Part shown: positions 38,954 through 50,140 of the stretch, piece after piece
How positions within the stretch are numbered: position 1 is the first letter of the stretch
Layout: each line of letters starts with the position of its first letter
Source: Octopus sinensis
Taxonomy: Eukaryota
Direction of reading: 5' to 3'
Length of the DNA stretch: 64,000 nt
NCBI RefSeq assembly: GCF_006345805.1
Contig: NC_043001.1
Location: forward strand, 128,526,001-128,590,000
Notes under the pieces: model-generated
What the model was told of the DNA's origin: nothing
The model's database searches: none
What the model saw: the letters and a program-made list of their open reading frames with translations, nothing else
Translations under genes and position numbers: made by a program

Positions 38954-39178
38954 GTTCTATCTATAAATGCTCTAATATCTATACAGCCTTGTTTTTTTTT
39001 ATCTTATTACGCAAAAAATTCTTATATACACACGCTGACATAGAACCAACGTTAAACCCTTTATTCACAATATTACCAAATCTAGAACTTAACTATTGTC
39101 TGTCTATAGCACTTATTCAGCATTACCTGACACCTTTGGGTCTCAATGACACCATTATATCACTCTTATATATATATG

Positions 39179-39209
<31 letters not shown>

Positions 39210-39224
39210 ATATATATACATGTA

Positions 39225-39313
<89 letters not shown>

Positions 39314-39715
39314 GTATGCATACATATAAAATTTTCAGGATCCAATAGAGTCAAGGTATTTAAATAGCAAAGGCACCAAGGCAGTGTAGGGGATAGCACA
39401 CCTGTGCACTAACAATGTATACAGACACACATGTACTTATTGAAGTAAAAACGGATTTGACTCTCCAGTTATGTACACATTCACAAGTACTGACCAAATA
39501 CACAACGTGTATGCAATGTCACACAGCAGTACACTTATGGCACGTATTATGGCACAGTCGGCTGTAGTCTCAAGTGTCATGTTTTTGTTTTATGCACACA
39601 GACACACACACATATATTATGTATGTATGTATTCATGTATGCATGTGTGTGTTTGTGGGGAGGGTTTGTCTGCACATTTGTCTCAACATCATGTGACGTT
39701 TGTAAGTAAACATTG

Positions 39716-40780
39716 AGTTATGATCAATAAGTATCCGGATTTTTGCCATAGTAATGAAGATAAAAGCATGCAGAATGAAGCTGCTTGGCACAGATTGACC
39801 TTGGCCTATGCTCTGCATGTGCACTAAGCTTTCCTAACTCGCTTCTGCTGTTTACAGCAGTGCTTCAAAGGAACATGTGTAGCATGTGGTTGTTGCATTG
39901 ACCATGATCATCATCATCATTGTTCAACCGTGGTTGAGACAATGGAATTTACCATGCTATGCCAGACTTCACGGTCCATCATAGCATTACGGAGGTCCTG
40001 TTGCTAGATGCCTGTATCCCTGGAGATTACATCAGGGTAGGAGAGTGTGCACCCTCTGGTATTGCGAGTAGATGGCTTCCAGAGGAGAAGAGTAGAAATT
40101 GCCTCGTTTTCAGCTCTACAACAATGTCCAGCAAACTGAACTCTCCTACCTTTCACAAGAGATGACACAGGTGGTAGTTTCCCATATATTTGCATTTTGG
40201 TTGGATGACGCTTCCACGAGAGATTTTGAGCTCTCATAAGGAAGCAAGTGTAGGTTCCATCCAATTGCCTCACAAGCTTCTTTGATAACATCCAGGTTTC
40301 TGAGCCATATAGTAGAATTGGTTCGACTGTGGCTTTGAAGATTTCAAGTTTGAAGTCTCTACTTATATTTGATGACCAGATCTTATGCATGTCATTACAG
40401 GCTGACCAGGCCATACCCTTTCTAGTTAGAAAATCTTTTCCAGATGATGATATGTATGACCCAAGATATTTGACTATGATAGAGAAAGTTGTCATGGTGA
40501 TATCTGCCAAGAGGCCTATGCATATTTGCAGAAAGTGTATGGAGAGGAGTGTATGGTCCACACACAAGTGTACAAGTGATTCGGACGTTTCCAAGATGGC
40601 TGAAAAAATGTTGATAGGGACAAACATTCTGGGAAATCCACAACCAGCAGAACTGAGAAAAAACATCACAGATGTGCATGTAGCTGTGAGGGGAAATCGT
40701 CGAATCACCATCCGTGAGTTATCAGAGGATGTGCAAATTAGTTAGTGTTCAGTTCAGTCCATTATCTCTGAAGATTCAGA
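39716..40780 (+). mobile_element. Mariner remnant interrupted by a LINE
   Basis: TIR-like tgatcaataagtatccgga. After the LINE: AYAYLQKVYGEECM...TTSRTEKNITDVHVAVRGNRRITIRELSEDVQIS (mariner HTH region). Confidence 0.78.
39909..40469 (-). mobile_element. 5'-truncated RTE-like LINE 3' end
   Basis: KYLGSYIS...FKATVEPILLYGSETW...RRVQFAGHCCR, (ATG)n tail, TSD ttgaccatgat/ttgactatgat. Confidence 0.88.
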
Positions 40781-40829
40781 GATAATGGGAGCCCAACCTT
40801 CTCATTTTTTTTTACAGGGCTTAGAAAAA

Positions 40830-41095
40830 CAGGACTGCTGCAATAAGTGTGTGAATCTGAGAGGAGAATATGTTGAATAAAATCAAAATTAACTGATCCC
40901 CTGTATTTTCTTTTACCCAAACAGGTACTGAAAAATTCCTTACTTTAAGGTATTGCAAAAGGCTTAGCTAGAGGTGCAACCTTCTGAGTTCTTCTACAGT
41001 GTTTATAAAAGCTGAAGGACTGCTGCAATAAGTGTGTGAATCTGAGAGGGGAATATGTTCAATAAAATCATTATTAACTGATTCACCTGTATTTT
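40830..41095 (+). mobile_element. Two short mariner C-terminal fragments (direct repeat)
   Basis: gactgctgcaataagtgtgtgaatctgagaggRgaatatgtt occurs twice; the first reads NKCVNLRGEYVE*, the typical mariner C-terminus. Confidence 0.65.
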
Positions 41096-41559
41096 CTAGT
41101 TAGTCTGACTGGTGATTACACTATTTTCCTTTCTATGATGTTCTACCCTACTAGTCATATTATGTATATCTGTAGTGACTTTATGATAGTAAGTCTCCCT
41201 TTGACTAAATCATATACCTCCTAGAAACAATAAAATCATTCTTACAATAACACCTGTAATATTGCAACTTATAAAACCTCTTCACTTTGAATACCTGTAA
41301 CTGTCCTCACTACTTCCATACCTGTAACCCCTTCTTTTCAGGTTACCTTTATCTTTTCCCTGCTCCTATTTTAATCCCCTGTCTCTTTATATGTAGGTTA
41401 TATATATTTATTATTATTTTCTATAAATTCTTATTTTGTTTTCTTATTTTGATATCCGTACTTATTAACCTTTTATCCCTTATGAATTGTTATTTTTCTT
41501 GTTCTTAAATTGATATTTTTCAGTTACTTAGGTCTATGCAGGATACTTATACTATTTCT

Positions 41560-41970
41560 TTCTCTTTTTCTCTTTTACTTGTTTCAGTCATTTGACTGTG
41601 GCCATGATGGAGCACTGCCTTTAGTCGAGCAAATCGATCCCGGGACTTATTCTTTGTAAGCCCAGTACTTATTCTATCGGTCTCTTTTGCCGAACCGCTA
41701 AGTTACGGGGACGTAAACACGCCAGCATCGGTTGTCAAGTGATGTTGGGGGACAAACACAGTCACACAAACATACACACACATACATATATATATATACA
41801 TATATACGACAGGCTTCTTTCAGTTTCCATCTACCAAATCCACTCACAAGGCATTGGTCGGCCCGAGGCTATAGCAGAAGACACTTGCCCAAGATGTCAT
41901 GCAGTGGGACTGAACCCGGAACCATGTGTTTGGTAAGCAAGCTACTTATCACACAGCCACTCCTGCGCCT
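41560..41970 (-). mobile_element. Family A SINE
   Basis: Full-length reverse copy. Confidence 0.9.
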
Positions 41971-42016
41971 ATATTCATATAAGCGTATAAATATTTGTGT
42001 AAATGTATATTTGCAC

Positions 42017-42049
<33 letters not shown>

Positions 42050-42200
42050 TGTATATATATAAAGAAAAAACCTCTTTGTATATGTATCTGTATGCATGAT
42101 TTTACACTTTACACATACTTATATCAGCACATATTTTTCGAGTGTCTAAATTTTTTATACTTTAGATTTTATAATTTTTGTTTAAACATGTCTATGTATT

Positions 42201-42530
42201 AAAAAAAAAGACTCCGCCGGTTACGACGACGAGGGTCCCAGCTGATACGATCAACGGAACAGCTTGCTCGTGAAATTAACATGCAAATGGCTGAGCATTC
42301 CACAGACACGTGTACCCTTAACGTAGTTCTCGGGGATAATCAGCGTGACACAGAGAGTGACAAGGCTGACCCTTTGAAATACAAGTACAACACATTTTTG
42401 CCAGCTGAGTGGACTGGAGCAACGTGAAATAAAGTGTCTTGCTCAAGGACACAACACGTCGCCGGGAATCGAACTCACAACCTTACGATCATGAGCCGAA
42501 TGCCCTAACCACTAAGCCACGCGCCCTCAC
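42201..42530 (-). mobile_element. tRNA-derived SINE with perfect 12-bp TSD
   Basis: Head ggcgcgtggcttagtggttagggc...gagttcgattcccggc, T-rich end, TSD tgtctatgtatt at 42189 and 42531. Confidence 0.9.
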
Positions 42531-42795
42531 TGTCTATGTATTACCATTATCTCAATATCCCGATTCTGATTAATGGTTTAAAATTGCTAGTATTCTTTTA
42601 TTTGTTTCACTCATTTTGATTGTGGCCATGCTGGAGCACCATCTTTGGTCTAACAAATCGGCCTCAGGACTTATTCTTTGTAAGCCAAGTACTTATGCTA
42701 TCAGCCTCTTTTGACAAACTGCTAAGTTATGGGGGACATAAACACACCAACATCGGTTGTCAAGCAATGGTGTGAGGGGGAAAAACAGACACACA

Positions 42796-42864
<69 letters not shown>

Positions 42865-43579
42865 AAAAAATATATATATAAAAATACAAAAGGGGACAAG
42901 AACGCAAAACATTCAAATAGACGACACAAAAAATGGACGGGTCATTCGAAGCCTCTAATCTTCAGTCAAGAACCAGATCATCCTCACAATTTTGGCTGAT
43001 TAATCTTGAGATCGCTCTGATCCGGCCAGCCCCAAGGAAAAACTAAGCTACGAGCATTAGATTTCTTGGGAAAAGGATCGAATGTATACGAAACAAGGAC
43101 AGAAAAACGGACGATGCCACACGAATATAAATACAAAAAACAATACTAATAATAACAGGACAAAAACAAGCAGCTTTATTCTGTGTGCTTTACCTTCATT
43201 ACTATCGTAACAGTCCAGATACTTATTGATCAGACCACATATGTATGTATGCATGTATGTATGTGCATATATACATATAAATGTGTGTATGTGTGTATAC
43301 ATGTATATACATGTGTGTATGTATATATGTATATCTATATCTATCTATCTATCTATATATATCATCATCATCGTTTAGCGTCCGCTTTCCATGCTAGCAT
43401 GGGTTGGACGGTTCAACTGGGGTCTGGGAAGCCAGAAGGCTGCACCAGGCTCAGTCTGATCTGGCAATGTTTCTACGGCTGGATGCCCTTCCTAACGCCA
43501 ATATTATATATAATATATATATACATACATATATATTTATATTTATATATAGATATATAGTATACATAATACTTACATA

Positions 43580-43977
43580 CAGTATCGCCCGGCGTTGCTC
43601 GGGTTTGTAAGGGAAATAATTATATAAGCATTTTTAGAGATGTAAAGTATAATAGCCATCTCAATATGGCTAACACAAAGGGGGAGGGGTGTTACTGTAG
43701 CTTTTTACGTTCTGAGATTTAATAATAATTTTAGAGAGTTTTTAGAGAGTTCTTCTTATATATGTCAAAAATGGATTAAAAATGGGAAAAATTGATGGTA
43801 AATTTTTTTTTAAATCGTAGACTCATCGTAGACGCGCGCTAATACCCAGACGGTCTCGATAAGAATCACGACTATAAGATACCCGGTTTTGGTTAAACTG
43901 CACCGCAAAAATGGGAGAGTAGTTAGGAATCTAAATCGTAGGAGACAGACACACAACCTCACTTTTATATATAAAGA
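43580..43977 (-). mobile_element. Non-autonomous Helitron (3' CTAG lost)
   Basis: Same family as 12378, 13025 and 27058. Confidence 0.8.
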
Positions 43978-44139
43978 TTTCCTCTATTTACATAATATTG
44001 AGGTCTCTTTCTTTCTTTTGTTATCTTACTGTTTTTACCAATATACATATATATATATATATAAATATATATATAGTTACAGAGATGTACTTGCATAGCA
44101 AGTGACTTGATCTGAGAACGTGTGCTGGAACGAAAACAG

Positions 44140-44396
44140 TTGCAGCGTTGAAGGTGTTTATAAGCCATTTAAGAAACACACAAAAACGTTAGATTCACTT
44201 CAACATTTAAATTTAATTTGTCAAAATATTTTCATCGCTTTGAGACCACGACCTGTTAGCACGATATTTTTGTCAGTGAACAGGTCGCGGTCTCAAAGTG
44301 ACGAAAATATTTTGGCAAATTAAATTTAAATGTTGAAGTGAATGTAACGGTTTTGTGTGTTTCTTAAATGGCTTACAAACACCTTCCACGCTGCAA
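44140..44396. repeat. Inverted repeat, about 118-bp arms with about 21-nt spacer
   Basis: 44140-44257 is the reverse complement of 44279-44396. One arm also occurs singly at about 11365-11470. Confidence 0.92.
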
Positions 44397-44757
44397 TATA
44401 TATATACACACATATATATATATGTATGTATGTATGTATGTGTGTATATGTGTATGCATGTATGTGTGTGTGTGCGTGTCTGTGCTTGTGATTGTCCTCC
44501 ACCACTGCTTGACAACGAATGTTGGTTTGTTTACATCCCTGTCACCTAGTGGTTTGACAATGGAAACAGATAGAATAAGTACAATGCTTACAAAAATAAA
44601 ACGAGTTGATTCATTAAACTACAATTCTTCAAGGCATTGCCCCAGCATGGCCACAGACCAATGGCTGGAAAAAGCAGAAGAATAAAAGAATACATTCTCT
44701 GCTTTGGTCTTATGTTCAAGGCATGAGAAAGCTTGAGTTTACATGAGAAGGCCTAAC

Positions 44758-45235
44758 AGACCTGGTAGAAACAGCAGCCAATCTCCCTCAAATCACACCT
44801 TACTGTCTTATGTATGTATATATATATGAGCCAATGAGGGGGACCTCTACATGGCAGCTAGACCTGTAGAAATAGCAGCCAAATTTCCCCCAAATCACAC
44901 CTTACTGTCTTATCTATGTATATATGTATGTATGAGCCTATGAGGGAGACCCCTACATGGCAGCTAGACCTGGTAGAAATAGCAGCCAAATTTCCCCCAA
45001 ATCACACCTTACTGTCTTATCTATGTATATATGTATGTATGAGCCTATGAGGGAGACCCCTACATGGCAGCTAGACCTGGTAGAAATAGCAGCCAAATTT
45101 CCCCCAAATCACACCTTACTGTCTTATCTATGTATATATGTATGTATGAGCCTATGAGGGAGATCCCTACATGGCAGCTAGACATGGTAGAAATAGCAGC
45201 CAAATCTCCCTCAAATCACACCTTACTGTCTTATC
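44758..45235 (+). repeat. 107-bp minisatellite, about 4.5 copies
   Basis: Unit gacctggtagaaatagcagccaaatttcccccaaatcacaccttactgtcttatctatgtat...gagcctatgagggagacccctacatggcagcta; period measured from 44941 to 45048. Confidence 0.95.
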
Positions 45236-45749
45236 TTTCTGCTACTTGAATATAGGTGTTATATAGGTGTTATAAAAAACTTTCCTGTCACACACTCACG
45301 CACACGCACACACACACACGCACCCTCACACACACACACACACGCGCACACCCACACACACCCACTCACACACACACGCACGTTAGCTTACAATTTTATT
45401 TATATATTTGCGTGTCTATGTGTTGAAAGAGGAAGTGGGAGGCAGAGTGAAAGAATCACTCACTACAGTAAGTCAATTACTTTCATTTTATTCGTTGCCC
45501 ACTGTGTGTGTGCGTTTGCGTGTGGTGTAAACCAGACTAAGAAAAGCATTTGACACACACACCAGAATGTGAGTTTTCTGTAAATTTTGCTTAATTGGAG
45601 TTTAAATTTTAAAAAAACTGGACCTGGCATGACGCGATGCATTGTACTCTTAAAAATGCAAGGTAAATTGTAATTGAAGAAATGCTATATTGTAGATTTG
45701 TATAACTCCCAAAGGGAGGCAGATAAAATCTGCCTTTTATAATAAGAGA

Positions 45750-46410
45750 TTGGCCGATGACAGTACCGCCTGATTGGCACTCATGCCAGTGGAACGTTAA
45801 AAACACATCCAAGCGTGGGGTGTAACCAGCTCATTTATGAGTACCCCTCATTCATTGGACAATAAACTTTACTTGCGAAGACCTATTGAGGCAAGTGAAA
45901 TCAAATCAAATCAGAATCGTTGATGTGGCTGACGACAGTACCTCCTGATTGGCACTCGTGCCAGTGGAACATTAAAAGCACATCCAAGTGTGATCGTTGC
46001 CAGGGCCACGGATTGGCTCCCATGCTGGTGGTGTGTAAAAAGCACCGTTCAAGCGTGATCGTTTCCAGTGTCACCTTACCAGCACATGTGTCAGTGGCAC
46101 ATGAAAAGTAACATTCGAGCATGGTTGTTGCCAGTGCCGTCGGACTGGCTCCCATGCAGGTAGCACGTAAGAAACACCTTTTGAGCATAGTCGTTGCCAG
46201 ATCCGCCTGACCGGCCCTCATGCCGGTGGCACATAAAAGCACCCTCTACACTCTCAGAGTGACTGGCGTTAGGAAGGGCATCCAGCTGTAGAAACTTTGC
46301 AAGATCAGATTGAACCTGGTGCAGCCTTCTGGCTCACTAGTCCTCAGTCGAACCATCCAACCCATGCCAGCATGGAAAGTGGACGTTAAATGACGACGAT
46401 GATGATGATA
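45750..46410 (+). mobile_element. Family D retroposon with internal tandem units
   Basis: Units of about 60 bp, then the family D 3' end and (GAT)n. Confidence 0.8.
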
Positions 46411-46714
46411 GTATATATGTACACATATTTCGTTCCCATTGATTGCAAAGTCCCCTGTAAGCACACACATTGTATAGTGGATGTTGGGATGATATTTGAA
46501 AGCTGCATAGAAATAATGATATAAAAAAAAAACTGTCTCTTTCTGTGAAATAATGCTTTTTGTCTGTTTACTGTAACTATTGTGGCTAATGACAATAATA
46601 ATGATGACAATAAAACTGACGGGATTAGCTATTATAGTCAGCAAAATTTCACCTCTACAATTTTTCAGCTGTCAGCATACTCTATGAACACCCTGTCATT
46701 ACTGCTGGTGCTGC

Positions 46715-47030
46715 TACCACCACCACCACCACAACTACCACCACCACCACCACAACTACCACCACCACCACACAACTACCACCACCACCACCACCACCAC
46801 CACAACTACCACCACCACCACAACTACCACCACCACCACCACCACAACTACCACCACCACCACCACCACCACCACCACCACCACCAAACACCACCACCAC
46901 CACCACCACCACCACAACTACCACCACCACCACAACTACCACCACCACCACCACCACAACTACCACCACCACCACCACCACACAACTACCACCACCACCA
47001 CCACCACCACCACCACAACTACCACTACTA
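46715..47030. repeat. (CAC)n array with periodic AACTA interruptions
   Basis: Direct reading. Confidence 0.97.
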
Positions 47031-47866
47031 CATGCATATATTGAATCGCCTGTTTATGCCCATATACAAGATAGCGTAAAAACCATCTGCTGGTATACCC
47101 CAGCAATGCATACATAGGAATAAATTCAAATATGAATAGACAGACGGGTTTTTCAGTATCTTGCATAAATCATGGACAGGCTATTCAGTTTGCCTCCAAT
47201 TTGATTCAGGTATGTGATGTTGATAAGCCACAAAAATGGTGATACATCGATGTCCATTGCTCCTGGATGGGATTTCAGGAGCAACAGACTTATGTATGCA
47301 GTAACTATATAATCACTCTCAAATTTGAGAAACAAACACTCATAATTTTTTTCTTTTAACACATCAGTGCATGAGATTGATATCATGAAATTCCTCGAAT
47401 TGAGCTCTATCATTTAAGCATAATTAAAATATAGTTGGTTTTTAAAATAAAAAGTTAATTATACTTAAATCCAATTTTTTAATGATATTTTAACTCACAC
47501 CTTTTTTTATATAAATTTTTGTTGCGTGAGAACAAAACTATGGAATTTTTCATGCTTTCTTCTATCATTGAAGATAATATAAATATATTTTGCTTTTAAA
47601 ATAAAAAAGTTATTTAGATCTAAATTTGATCGGTGGCATTACTTACTCTCCTATAACATTGCTACAAATTTTGATCTAAACTTTTTTTCTACTGGATCAA
47701 ATCTCAGTTTCTTTATGCCAAAATGTAGCTAGGGGCCAGTCTTCTTCAAAAATGTTAACAGTTTTCAATTTGGTTAAGAAGTGAATTAGCATCAAGCTCT
47801 GAAAAATGCTACATGTTAGTAAATTGCAGCCTTAAGAATATTATTTAACTACTAACAGAGTTGAGA

Positions 47867-47902
<36 letters not shown>

Positions 47903-47970
47903 TTTCATTTCATCTAGTTCAGCTCATGAGCTGTGGCCATGCTGGGGCACCGCCATTAACAATGTGTTAC

Positions 47971-48080
47971 ACTTACTGCACCTAGGTTTCCCAAGCGGTC
48001 ACCATCTAAGTACTAACTAGGCTCGACATTGCTAACTTCAGTGATCAGACGAGAACCGGTGCTTTCAACGTGATATGGCC

Positions 48081-48081
<1 letters not shown>
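47971..48081 (-). pseudogene. 5S rRNA-derived sequence (head of a SINE3-like element)
   Basis: Reverse strand reads CGGCCATATCACGTTGAAAGCACCGGTTCTCGTCTGATCACTGAAGTTAGCAATGTCGAGCCTAGTTAGTACTTAGATGGTGACCGCTTGGGAAACCTAGGTGCAGTAAG: near full-length metazoan 5S with small deletions in box A and box C. Single copy, not in an array. Confidence 0.9.
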
Positions 48082-48167
<86 letters not shown>

Positions 48168-48184
48168 ATATTATTAATATATAT

Positions 48185-48310
<126 letters not shown>

Positions 48311-48519
48311 GAAATTTATGGAAATCAAAAGAGGAAGAAGGTGAAGGAGCAACAAGCAGGTGTATTAGTTTGACGTTCGAGAAGAATGGAAAAGTCCTAT
48401 GCTCTTCAAATCTATGCTCTTCAACAGAAAGAATTGAGAGGAAAAAATGGAGAGAGAACAAAAAAAAAGGTGTAGGGATTAACAGTTCAACATGATGATA
48501 TATATACATATATGGCAGG

Positions 48520-48771
48520 TCCGTGCCGTTGGCATGTAAAAAGCACCATCCAATTGTGGCCGTTGCCAGCCTCATCTGGCACCTGTGCAGGTGGCACGTA
48601 AAAAGCACCCACTACACTCACGGAGTGGTTGGCGTTAGGAAGGGCATCCAGCTGTAGAAACACTGCCAGGTCAGACTGGGCCTGGCACAGCCTTCTGGCT
48701 TTCCAGAACCCAGTTGAACCGTCCAATCCATGCTAGCATGGAAAGCGGACGTTAAACAATGATGATGATGA
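48520..48771 (+). mobile_element. Family D retroposon
   Basis: Family D with (GAT)n tail. Confidence 0.87.
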
Positions 48772-48822
48772 TATATACACACACACACATATATATATAG
48801 ACACATACATACATACATACAC

Positions 48823-49240
48823 ATCATCATCATCATCATCGTTTAGCGTCCGTTTTCCATGCTAGCATGGGTTGGACGGTTCAGCTGGGGTCTGGGAAGC
48901 CAGAAGGCTGCATCAGGCCCAGTCTGATCTGGCAGTGTTTCTGCGGCTGGATGCCCTTCCTAACGCCAACCACTCCACGAGTGTAGTGGGTGCTTTTTAC
49001 GTGCCAGACGGTGCTGGCAAACGGCCACGAACGGATGGTGCTTTTATGTGCCACCGGCACGGGGGCCAGGCGAGGCTGGCAACGGACACGAACGGATGGT
49101 GCTTTTACGTGCCACTGGCATGGAGGCCAGTGAGGGCGGTGCTGGCAACGGCCACAAACGGATGGTGCTTTTTACGTGCCACCGGCACGGGGGCCAGGCG
49201 AGGCTGGCAACGGCCACGAACGGATGGTGCTTTTATGTGC
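48823..49240 (-). mobile_element. Family D retroposon with tandem units
   Basis: Reverse copy, tail-to-tail with 48520-48771. Confidence 0.87.
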
Positions 49241-49316
49241 AGGTGTTTATGCCAGGTGTTTATTCTATCATACATACATACATATATATATACATATACA
49301 TATATATATATATATA

Positions 49317-49419
49317 TGAAGAGGCCGTGGGGCATCCTTGTTAATGCCTCATTTATACCTGCCTTTATGGCTTATAGGTTAAATGAGGTATGACTGTCCT
49401 CACTGCCGAAACAGCTGTC
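49317..49419 (+). ncRNA. 5'-truncated hammerhead motif with very long helix II
   Basis: (TA)n-TGAAGA-ggc cgtggggca...tgcctcattta...taaatgaggta...tgtcctcact gcc-GAAAC-agct-GTC. C3 and the 5' strand of helix I are replaced by the TA tract. Confidence 0.68.
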
Positions 49420-50105
49420 AGTTTTGATTTATATCATATTTGATAATTTTTTACTTATATCTCTTTATCTTTTTACTATTACTGTATATCTCATTTCATT
49501 TTATGTATTGCCTTTACTCATATGTAATGGTGTATTAAAGTATGGATTGAGTTTCATCGGATAGTTGATGTTTTACTGATTTAAGTATATTTCTCCATTC
49601 TCTAATTTTGTAGTATATATATATATATATATATATATAGATATATAGATACATACATATAAATATAAGGATAGTAATATGAAGTTGGAAAATACCAGGC
49701 CTTAATAGCACATCACAATATTTGTTTCTTCACCTGACACCAGCTTTAAGATACTGAGTTTTACATTTATATATGATTATATAAGATTATTCCTTAGAAA
49801 TACTATGAAATTGAATATTCAATTGTCTAGTAATTCTAAGGAGTTATCTTATATAATGATATATAAATGTAAACTCATCAAGTAAATGCTGGTGTAGATA
49901 TAAATGTTGTGAGTGTGGTATTTTCCGTTCTTCTGTGATATTATTCTTAGATTAATCCTATACATTAGTGGAGTTCCACCTGTTTCTCCAGCCTTTGGAA
50001 ATATCCTGCTGTAGAGTGACGCATGGTATATGCTCTTAAATGTATGTTGTGAGGTTATTACCTGAATTATACTAAATATATGTGTGAGTGTGTGTGTGTT
50101 TGATA

Positions 50106-50140
<35 letters not shown>

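Larger units (their letters stand above)
38483..39023. mobile_element. Foldback element (about 210-bp inverted arms) carrying hammerhead-like motifs; Penelope-like remnant
   Basis: 38483-38691 is the diverged reverse complement of 38813-39023, and each arm carries a hammerhead-like motif. Confidence 0.7.

Noticed and set aside
44758-45235. CRISPR-like regular repeat
   Set aside because: Whole units are repeated with no unique spacers; eukaryotic minisatellite, no cas genes.
46582-47079. Poly-Pro/His ORF resembling extensin or a His-rich protein
   Set aside because: (CAC)n microsatellite with no splice signals or consistent frame.
47971-48081. Functional 5S rRNA gene
   Set aside because: Deletions in the internal promoter boxes, altered 5' end, no oligo-T terminator, and fused to a SINE-type tail.
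48980-49240. About 58-bp GC-rich direct repeats resembling an array
   Set aside because: Internal tandem units of the family D retroposon, also seen at 20140-20310, 46000-46240 and 56110-56260.
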